A stretch of 32,000 nt of DNA, taken from NCBI RefSeq assembly GCF_001458695.1, contig NZ_LN885086.1:300001-332000 (forward strand). Direction: 5' to 3'. The translations under genes were made by a program, and so were the position numbers. This stretch comes from Candidatus Nitrospira inopinata (GTDB taxonomy: Bacteria; Nitrospirota; Nitrospiria; Nitrospirales; Nitrospiraceae). Below are positions 7,563 through 14,852 of this stretch, piece by piece (within the stretch, counting starts at the first letter, position 1; each line of letters starts with the position of its first letter). Below the pieces are notes generated by a model. The model was not told the origin of the DNA and ran no database searches. It saw only the letters and a program-made list of their open reading frames with translations.

Positions 7563-7729
7563 TCACCTCTGCAACATGCGGAGGGGCGTCAAGGCGAAAA
7601 GGGTGCGCGCTTTACGCCGTTTCTTGGGAACAACGAGGAGGCGCCGAAGACATCCTCGAACGAGAGACCTTTCCGTTTCTTAACGTCAAGCGCCCGACTC
7701 TCGGCGATCTGGCTCATCACGCGATACGC

Positions 7730-8092
7730 TCATGCCCGAATACTTTTCCACCAAGCACCTATATGGTGTGCTACGAGCACGACGAGGGCAAACGTGAGTA
7801 ATCCGATTGACCAGGACAACATCCAGTTGGGTGGTTCAGCACAGGAGAACCACAGCCCCAGCGTGTTGTTCCAGAAGCCATGGAAGAACAAGAGCACGCC
7901 GGACACGACCAACGGGGCATCAGCCAACGTGAGCAGGAGGGAAGTCGTTTTGAGCTTCTTCTTTTCCTCGTTTTGAGCATTTTTGATCCGGTCAATCAAC
8001 CGCAGCCGTATCGTAGCGACATAGGCCGAGAGGGCGACAATCAGGGTCAGGAGGGCGATCGCGTCAGAAGTGGGCAAAAAGTCGTGAGTCAT
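7730..8092 (-). CDS. Small 3-TM membrane protein (120 aa), hypothetical; downstream partner of the pore-domain gene
   Basis: Three hydrophobic helices and a Lys/Glu-rich loop (KNAQNEEKKKLK). It starts 64 nt downstream of the 8157-9059 gene on the same strand. The local sequence is low in GC. Confidence 0.6.
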   Translation of the reverse strand: MTHDFLPTSDAIALLTLIVALSAYVATIRLRLIDRIKNAQNEEKKKLKTTSLLLTLADAPLVVSGVLLFFHGFWNNTLGLWFSCAEPPNWMLSWSIGLLTFALVVLVAHHIGAWWKSIRA

Positions 8093-8156
8093 TGTCCAGC
8101 CTTCGCGGCTACCAGATCAACGCCATCATTCGATGTCCGATTCACGCGCTCTTTCT

Positions 8157-9059
8157 TTATCGTTTTGTAAGGAACGTTACTCCGGTTCCAACGAGCACGA
8201 AGGCCGTCAGTGCGTGCGCGATAACGACCATTTGGCCGAACCCGCTCTGGGGAGTGAAGTTCGTGTACGCGCCAAAAGCGAAAAGATTGATGAACGCGAG
8301 GAAAATCGCCGCCCAAACTCGGCCGCTTTGATCGAGGCCGTTATGAGCTTCCGCAAGAACGACGCCGTCGCCACCCAGCAGGTAGCCGTACAAACATGAA
8401 AAGACCACGATTGAGAGAATGAAAAATATGGTCCACCGGCGAGGGCTGGTTCCATACCTGGTTACACCGCCCCAAATTGCAAGCACGAAGCACAGCAGTA
8501 AATCGTTCTCGCGCCAGGAGCGAAGTCGTTTAATGTCAAGCCGGAGAGCATGGGCTTCATCGCTCTTCTCTTCTTCCCCAAGATCTGAGAATTGAGCTTT
8601 AGCCCTTCCCGCCGACCTCAGCACGAGTTCAAGGGTCTGTTTCACACCTTCGCCTTTCGCGCTGTCCTGTTTTGAAACATTGAACGCCCGTAACGCAGAA
8701 TTGAAGTAGCATTGCACGGAACGCTCGAGCAAATCCAATTGCCGCAGCTCATTGGCCGCAAAGTGGTAGTACTCCGCAATGATGTCTGCGCGCTCGGCGT
8801 TGATGGTCTTCCCAGCGCCAAATGCTTCGTGCTTTGCCAGAACAAGGTACGCAAGGGCTGCGTCCAACCGTTTTTCTCTTTCTGTGCTGCCGCGGGCGGC
8901 TTGGGCGGTTTTCAGCAATCTTTCCCTCAGAAGCTCTAAAGACGCTTCGGCAGCACTTTTCAGTTCTCTCTCGTGTTTCTCCAACTTTTCGTTTGCGGTC
9001 GGATCACTGAACTTGTCCAACGGATAGTATGTGTAGTTGTGTCCGCCAAGAATGTTCAT
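8157..9059 (-). CDS. Uncharacterised protein: all-helical N-terminal domain of about 190 aa fused to a C-terminal 2-TM pore-loop (Ion_trans_2-like) domain with a degenerate filter
   Basis: ATG at 9059 is preceded by AAGGAAG. The C-terminus reads TM1 WTIFFILSIVVFSCLYGYLLG, pore-helix-like VWAAIFLAFINLFAFGAYTNFTP, TM2 GFGQMVVIAHALTAFVLVGTGVTFL. The position of the K+ filter motif T-x-G-Y/F-G-D reads AFGAYTN. Confidence 0.6.
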   Translation of the reverse strand: MNILGGHNYTYYPLDKFSDPTANEKLEKHERELKSAAEASLELLRERLLKTAQAARGSTEREKRLDAALAYLVLAKHEAFGAGKTINAERADIIAEYYHFAANELRQLDLLERSVQCYFNSALRAFNVSKQDSAKGEGVKQTLELVLRSAGRAKAQFSDLGEEEKSDEAHALRLDIKRLRSWRENDLLLCFVLAIWGGVTRYGTSPRRWTIFFILSIVVFSCLYGYLLGGDGVVLAEAHNGLDQSGRVWAAIFLAFINLFAFGAYTNFTPQSGFGQMVVIAHALTAFVLVGTGVTFLTKR

Positions 9060-9431
9060 GAATCTTCCTTGCCGCAAACCGATGTCAGCCCATGTCGTCT
9101 TGAAAGCTTTCCTTCAACGTCCGTTAAAGCCCATAAACATTCCACGGATTCGGCAGGGCATCATAAGCCAATGCCGTTTTTCTCACAACGGGCAACCGTC
9201 CATGAACCACTTACGATAGCCCCTGTGGTGATTGGCATGATGCTCCTTCTTTTTTATGAGACTCACCCTCAACTTACTGCCATGCCGCGTTCCCTGATTC
9301 CTGACCAGAACCTCGAACAAAGTCTCCTCTCTCTTTCCCCCGTGCTTCTCCCCTTTGACCTGCTCCCCCGCCGTTTGCTACGCTCCGCGCGGGCCGGTCA
9401 GGATCACCAGCACCAGTGGAAGGGGGCCTCC

Positions 9432-10322
9432 ATGACCATCACCGACTATCTTGAAGCCAAACGGCTGGCCGTTGATCAATTTCTCGATCAAGTGACGCCA
9501 CCAGCCGTCACGCCGCCGGCCACGCTCCATGAGAGCATGCGCTATAGCCTCATGGCGGGCGGCAAACGGATTCGACCGATTTTGACCGTCGCCGCGGCCG
9601 AGGCGGTCGGCGGCGATGCGCCGGGGCTGATGGCCGTCGCCTGTTCGCTCGAATTGATCCATACCTATTCGCTCATCCACGACGACCTCCCGTCGATGGA
9701 CAACGATGACTACCGGCGCGGCAAGCCGACGAACCACAAGGTCTATGGCGAGGCCATCGCGATTCTCACGGGCGACGCGCTGCTCACCATGGCCTTTGAC
9801 TGGATCAGCCGTCCAGACCTCATGAAGGGCTGCGATTCGGCGAGGCAAGTACGGCTGATCCAAGAACTGGCCCATGGCGCCGGCAACCGGGGCATGGTGG
9901 GAGGTCAAGTCCTTGACATCCAGGCCGAGAACCGGGACATCGATCTGCCGGCCTTGCAAACGATCCACAAGCACAAGACCGGCATGTTGATCCGCGCGGC
10001 GGTCCGGATGGGGGCGATCGCCGCCGGGGCGACCGACCGGCAGCTCGATGACCTGACCGGCTACGCCGAGGACATCGGCCTGGCCTTTCAGATCGCCGAC
10101 GATGTGCTGAACGTCACCGGCACGCGCGAAGAGTTGGGCAAGAATCCGAATACCGACGCGGAACGGGGAAAGAAAACCTACCCCGCGTTTTACGGCGTGG
10201 ATGGCGCCAGACGATTGGCGGACGACTGTGTGGAGCGGGCCATCGGGCGGCTTTCGTCCTTTGGGCCGACCGCCGATCCGCTCCGCGAGATCGCCCGCTA
10301 CATCACCGCTCGCAAACACTAG
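9432..10322 (+). CDS. ispA: Polyprenyl (farnesyl/geranylgeranyl) diphosphate synthase
   Basis: First Asp-rich motif LIHDDLPSMDNDDYRRGKPT and second motif FQIADDVLN are present, with the GKRIRP context. I chose the ATG at 9432; the N-terminal 153 aa of the ORF track's 449-aa ORF is non-coding. Confidence 0.9.
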   Translation: MTITDYLEAKRLAVDQFLDQVTPPAVTPPATLHESMRYSLMAGGKRIRPILTVAAAEAVGGDAPGLMAVACSLELIHTYSLIHDDLPSMDNDDYRRGKPTNHKVYGEAIAILTGDALLTMAFDWISRPDLMKGCDSARQVRLIQELAHGAGNRGMVGGQVLDIQAENRDIDLPALQTIHKHKTGMLIRAAVRMGAIAAGATDRQLDDLTGYAEDIGLAFQIADDVLNVTGTREELGKNPNTDAERGKKTYPAFYGVDGARRLADDCVERAIGRLSSFGPTADPLREIARYITARKH

Positions 10323-10389
10323 GAGCCACCTGTCCGATGCCTGGGATTTCGATGCGTGACCGGCTCCATCCTGACGGATCGTCTCTGCG

Positions 10390-11373
10390 ATGAACGCTCT
10401 CGTCACCGGCGCAACAGGGTTTGTAGGGGGCGCGGTGGCTCGCGCGCTCGTGCGAGCCGGCTACGAAGTCCGGGTATTGACCAGACCCCACGCTGACTTG
10501 CGCAATCTCGATCGGCTGCCGGTCAAACGAGTTGTCGGCGATCTGCGCGATCCCGCCTCGCTCCGAGCGGCGCTTAGGGGCTGTCGCCATCTCTACCATG
10601 TCGCGGCCCACTATGCGCTCTGGGCCAAGAACCCCTCCATCTTTTACGAAGTCAACGTGACCGGTACCGTCAATCTCCTGGAGGCAGCCCGCGACGTCGG
10701 CACGGAGCGCATCGTCTATTGCAGCACGATCGGGGCCATCGGCTTGCCTCCGGACGGAGGGCTGGGCACCGAGGAGACGCCCGTGTCGCTTTCGCAAATG
10801 GCGGGACATTACAAACGATCAAAGTATCTCGCCGAGCGGGAAGTCCTGCGTCTCGCCAAGGAGGGGCTGCCGGTCGTGATCGTCAATCCGAGCGCGCCGG
10901 TTGGAGCGGGGGACGTAAAACCGACCCCGACCGGGCAAATCATCGTCGATTTCATGAAGGGCCGCATGCCGGCCTACATCGAGACGGGCATGAACATCGT
11001 GGACGTGGACGATGTGGCGCAAGGCCACTTGTTAGCCATGCAAAAGGGGCGGGTCGGCGAACGGTACATCCTGGGCGGCAAGAATCTCCTGCTGCGCGAG
11101 GTGTTCGAGATTCTGAGCACCGTGACAGGCGTGAAGGCCCCGCGGCTCAAGTTGCCGCGCCTGGCGGTGCTGCCCCTGGCTTACGTCAATCATTGGGTCG
11201 CCAACATGACCGGCATCCCGCCGCGGATTCCGCTCGAAGGGGTCAAGATGGCCAAGTACATGATGCACTATGACTGTTCCAAGGCGATTCGCGAACTCGG
11301 CATCCCCCAGACCCCTCCCGAAGTCGCGATCGAAAAGGCCGTGCGGTGGTTCAAAGCCCACGGCTACGTGTGA
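10390..11373 (+). CDS. hpnA: NAD-dependent epimerase/dehydratase, hopanoid-associated sugar epimerase (HpnA)-like
   Basis: VTGATGFVGGAVARAL Rossmann motif, YKRSK catalytic motif, and PVVIVNPSAPVGAGDVKPTPTGQIIVDFMKGRMPAYIETGMNIVDVDDVAQGHLLAMQKGRVGERYILGG, which closely follows my recollection of HpnA. Confidence 0.75.
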   Translation: MNALVTGATGFVGGAVARALVRAGYEVRVLTRPHADLRNLDRLPVKRVVGDLRDPASLRAALRGCRHLYHVAAHYALWAKNPSIFYEVNVTGTVNLLEAARDVGTERIVYCSTIGAIGLPPDGGLGTEETPVSLSQMAGHYKRSKYLAEREVLRLAKEGLPVVIVNPSAPVGAGDVKPTPTGQIIVDFMKGRMPAYIETGMNIVDVDDVAQGHLLAMQKGRVGERYILGGKNLLLREVFEILSTVTGVKAPRLKLPRLAVLPLAYVNHWVANMTGIPPRIPLEGVKMAKYMMHYDCSKAIRELGIPQTPPEVAIEKAVRWFKAHGYV

Positions 11374-11522
11374 CGCGCGACCGTCTCCCTCTTCACATGA
11401 ACTGCGCCGGCCTTGCACCGGCAGGAGGAGCATGGTACCGTTCCGCCCGACTGTTTATGACTCGTGATCCTGAGCGAACTCAACGGATTGACTCCGGGCG
11501 GGGCTGTCGCACCTGACGATCG

Positions 11523-12359
11523 ATGGACTTCATTCTCCTGTTCCTCAAGACCGTGGCCTTCCGGCCCTACGTGTTTGTCTTCTTGGCCGCCTTTCTCTAC
11601 GCCGGCACGCAATTGCTCGGCTGGCGCCGTACCTGGCGCTTTTGGCTGATCAGTTGGGTCACGGCGTTCGTCTGCGAGTACGCCTCGACGCGCACGGGCA
11701 TCCCCTTCGGCTGGTACTTCTACAACGGGTCCACGGTGGGACAGGAGCTGTACATCGCCAACGTGCCGTTCATGGATTCGATCTCGTTCAGTTTTCTCCT
11801 CTATGCCGCCTATTGCGTGGCCCTGTGTCTTCTGTTGCCCGCTGGCGGATACTCGCTTCTTGGGCGTTTCAGGTTGAAACAGCTTCGCTTCAGCGAGCAC
11901 ACACGCACCGGCCTGCCCGTGCTGGCCCTGACCGTGTTTCTGTTCATGTTCATCGACATGGTGATCGATCCCGTGGCGCTGCGCGGCGACCGGTGGTTTC
12001 TCGGCAAGATTTACTACTACCCCGACCCTGGCGTTCACTTCGGCGTGCCGTTTGCCAACTATGTCGGCTGGGCGGTCGTCGGAACCCTGTCCCTCGCCGT
12101 CTATGTTCCGATTGACCGTCGATTGCCACCTCCTCCCCGTTCCGACTCGCCGACTCCCCGCCTGCTCCTGGGGGTGGGACTCTATTACGGCGTCCTGTTC
12201 TTCAATCTAGGCGTCACCTTCTGGATCGGCGAATGGTTCATGGGGGCCAGCGGCCTGCTGATGCACCTGCCGATTCTGGGGCTCCTGATCCATCGGGTCG
12301 TGGAATTCCCCTCCACATTCTCTTCTTCCTATCGCGGCGACGTCCCGGTGAAAAACTGA
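11523..12359 (+). CDS. Polytopic membrane protein, carotenoid-biosynthesis-protein family (DUF422-like)
   Basis: Seven to eight TM helices with segments such as TRTGIPFGWYFY and VPFANYVGWAVVG. The family assignment is from memory and is moderate at best. Confidence 0.55.
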   Translation: MDFILLFLKTVAFRPYVFVFLAAFLYAGTQLLGWRRTWRFWLISWVTAFVCEYASTRTGIPFGWYFYNGSTVGQELYIANVPFMDSISFSFLLYAAYCVALCLLLPAGGYSLLGRFRLKQLRFSEHTRTGLPVLALTVFLFMFIDMVIDPVALRGDRWFLGKIYYYPDPGVHFGVPFANYVGWAVVGTLSLAVYVPIDRRLPPPPRSDSPTPRLLLGVGLYYGVLFFNLGVTFWIGEWFMGASGLLMHLPILGLLIHRVVEFPSTFSSSYRGDVPVKN

Positions 12360-12393
12360 ACGGCGCCGTTCACAGTTGGACACGATTCTCTGT

Positions 12394-12795
12394 ATGATGG
12401 AATGGATGGGACATGCTCCGCAAAAGAGATGTCGCGAAAGATCCGTGGCGGCAGGCCTGGGGGCCTTGTTGGCGCTGTGGTACGTCCCTACATTGTCGTG
12501 GGATCTTCCCGCGGTCCATGCGGCCGACAAGACCGACAAGACCGTCCAACATGTCGTCGGCACCGTCGCGGCCATCGACCAGAAACGCCTGGTCGTCACG
12601 ACGTTCAAGGGCCAAACCATCTCGATCAAACTGACGAAACAGGTGCGCTACAAGGATAAGACGAACCCGCAATCCAACCTCCCGCCGGCCGTCGGCGACC
12701 GGGTGATCGTGGAGGCCGTTCGAGACAAGAAAACTTTGACCGCCGCCGTCGTCCATTATTCGCCCATGGGTCAACCATCCGAACCATCCGATTAA
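12394..12795 (+). CDS. Secreted/periplasmic small protein, hypothetical
   Basis: Signal-peptide-like RSVAAGLGALLALWYVPTLSWDLPAVHAA followed by a beta-rich body. The start could be the ATG at 12394, 12397 or 12406. Confidence 0.5.
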   Translation: MMEWMGHAPQKRCRERSVAAGLGALLALWYVPTLSWDLPAVHAADKTDKTVQHVVGTVAAIDQKRLVVTTFKGQTISIKLTKQVRYKDKTNPQSNLPPAVGDRVIVEAVRDKKTLTAAVVHYSPMGQPSEPSD

Positions 12796-12804
12796 CTCTT
12801 GACG

Positions 12805-13263
12805 ATGGCAACCTTCCGTTTCTTCCACCTCTCCCATGAATCAGCCCGGCAGGGCGGGCTTCGCAACACGGTCGCTCGGATGCTCATCACGGGCGTGGCG
12901 GTGTTTCTGGCCGTGGCGACCGTCCCCGGCCTGGAAGCCGACAGTATGACGGCAGGCATTGCGGCCGTCCTCGTCTTGACCATTCTCAACCTGATTCTCC
13001 GGCCGATTCTTTTGTTGATCACCCTGCCGCTGATCGTGTTCACGCTAGGCCTGTTCCTCGTCGTCCTTAACGCCCTGCTGCTGGAATTGACGGCGTACCT
13101 GGTGAAGGGTTTCACGGTCTCCGGGTTCTGGTCCGCGGTCGGCGGGGCGCTCGTCATCAGTCTCGTCACGACCGTGCTCACCGGTTTGATCATTGACCGT
13201 CGCCCTCCCCCGACCTTTCCGGACGACCCCCGCCGCCCTCCCAAGATCATCAATCCTGAGTAG
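12805..13263 (+). CDS. Membrane protein, phage-holin-4/DUF360 family
   Basis: ARMLITGVAVFLAVATVPGLE...AAVLVLTILNLILRPILLLITLPLIVFTLGLFLVVLNALLLELTAYLVKGFTVSGFWSA matches the family pattern. The start is uncertain: 12805 or 12880. Confidence 0.6.
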   Translation: MATFRFFHLSHESARQGGLRNTVARMLITGVAVFLAVATVPGLEADSMTAGIAAVLVLTILNLILRPILLLITLPLIVFTLGLFLVVLNALLLELTAYLVKGFTVSGFWSAVGGALVISLVTTVLTGLIIDRRPPPTFPDDPRRPPKIINPE

Positions 13264-13508
13264 GGCGGGCACGATCCAGCCTCTGCATCCGGGAGCTTCA
13301 CCAATATCGACTCCGGCTTTTCTTCAAAACGACCGAGCCGGTGAGCCGAGTGTGCCAATCGGCATCATCCGAGGTTACAATGGCCCTCAGCTTGACTGAA
13401 CGGTCTTCCCGACGGTAGGGTACATCCTCCTTGGCTCTCGTGCCGCTCAGGAGAACACCGAATAGACCAGAGCATGTTCACCCCATCGCGTTCACGCACC
13501 CATTCGGC

Positions 13509-14507
13509 ATGATGACCGTACTCCTCTGGACGATCGCCGTCTTGGCGGTCCTTCTTCTGATCGGGCTTGCTCTGTACCTGCTCTTTCCCCGCAAGTATCG
13601 ATCTGCGGAGTCCGTGGCCACGTCCTATGACGACTGGACGAACGACGGCATCCTCGAGTTTTATTGGGGCGAACACATCCACCTGGGGCACTATGGCTCT
13701 CCGCCCCGCAAAAAAGATTTTCGCCAAGCCAAGGCGGACTTCGTGCACGAAATGGTCCGGTGGGGCGGGTTGGACAAGCTGCCTCCCGGCACGACGCTGT
13801 TGGACGTGGGCTGCGGCATCGGCGGCAGCAGTCGCATTCTCGCGCGGGAGTATGGCTTTGCCGTCACCGGTATCACCTTGAGCCCCCAGCAAGTCAGACG
13901 CGCCCAAGAACTGACCCCCCCGGAGGTGACCGCGCGATTTCAGATCGATGATGCGCTGGCGCTTTCGTTCCCCGATGCCAGTTTTGACGTGGTCTGGTCG
14001 GTCGAGGCGGGACCCCACATGCCGGATAAGGCCCGCTTTGCCGGAGAACTCTTGCGCGTGCTGAAACCGGGCGGCATTCTGGTCGTCGCCGATTGGAATC
14101 AGCGGGACGATCGCCGGATTCCGCTCAATTTTTGGGAACGGCCGGTGATGCGGCAACTGCTCGATCAGTGGGCCCACCCGGCGTTCTCCAGCATTGAAGG
14201 GTTCTCGGAATTGCTGGAGGCAACGGGACTGGTGGCGGGCCGCGTCACCACGGCGGATTGGACCGCCGAAACCTTGCTGTCATGGATGGATTCCATCTGG
14301 CAGGGAGTCGTCCGACCGGAAGGGATCGTTCGGTTCGGCCTGATCGGCGTGATCAAATCCTTGCGAGAAGTGCCCACCTTTCTGTTGATGCGACTGGCCT
14401 TTGGAACCGGGCTCTGCCGCTTCGGTATGTTTCGGGCGGTGCGGGCCGATGTCCTGACAAGCCGGGTCCTGTCCGCGCAGGCGGAAGACAGACTCGTCCG
14501 ATCGTGA
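13509..14507 (+). CDS. SAM-dependent methyltransferase, cyanobacterial MPBQ/MSBQ (Sll0418)-like, with an N-terminal TM anchor
   Basis: YDDWTNDGILEFYWGEHIHLGHY, the SAM motif LLDVGCGIGGSSR, plus DVVWSVEAGPHMPDK, LKPGGILVVADWNQRD and RLAFGTGLCRFGMF. Confidence 0.75.
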   Translation: MMTVLLWTIAVLAVLLLIGLALYLLFPRKYRSAESVATSYDDWTNDGILEFYWGEHIHLGHYGSPPRKKDFRQAKADFVHEMVRWGGLDKLPPGTTLLDVGCGIGGSSRILAREYGFAVTGITLSPQQVRRAQELTPPEVTARFQIDDALALSFPDASFDVVWSVEAGPHMPDKARFAGELLRVLKPGGILVVADWNQRDDRRIPLNFWERPVMRQLLDQWAHPAFSSIEGFSELLEATGLVAGRVTTADWTAETLLSWMDSIWQGVVRPEGIVRFGLIGVIKSLREVPTFLLMRLAFGTGLCRFGMFRAVRADVLTSRVLSAQAEDRLVRS

Positions 14508-14609
14508 GCATCGCCGACGCGCTCGCTCGCCGCCACGCCGGTGATGAGTCTTACGCCAGCCATGACATTGGGGCGGCGACGCCTTGCTCTCGCCCCACCA
14601 GCACCGTCA

Positions 14610-14852
14610 TCACCTCCAACGTCGAATCGATTCGGCCATGGTCCTGAGCGCCGCCGCAGGCCGGCCGAGTTCCGACAGACAGACCCGGCAGAGACAGGTG
14701 TCATGCGACGCCTCACATGGAGGGGCGTCTCGTTTGTCGGACGGGACGGACAGGTCGAAACACCAACAATCGCCCATCCCGGCCGCCAGTCCACAGCCGT
14801 TGGGCCGATCACACAGGGGACAGACGGAAGGATCGCGCGGGTCGGCGCTCAT
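14610..14852 (-). CDS. Cysteine-rich CWC family protein
   Basis: CPLCDRPNGCGLAAGMGDCWCFD is followed by CLCRVC. The ATG overlaps the metE stop codon (ATGA at 14849-14852). Confidence 0.65.
   Translation of the reverse strand: MSADPRDPSVCPLCDRPNGCGLAAGMGDCWCFDLSVPSDKRDAPPCEASHDTCLCRVCLSELGRPAAALRTMAESIRRWR

Noticed and set aside
7398-7565. In-frame TGA codons in the RelE-like frame, considered as possible stop-codon recoding or selenocysteine
   Set aside because: No SECIS-like hairpin is obvious, no start codon exists for the upstream part, and the antitoxin position is frame-disrupted too. Pseudogenisation is the simpler explanation.
8973-9431. N-terminal 153 aa of the 449-aa ORF containing ispA
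   Set aside because: Polyprenyl synthase homology begins at MTITDYL (9432). The upstream part overlaps the 5' end of the minus-strand 8157-9059 gene and low-GC non-coding DNA.
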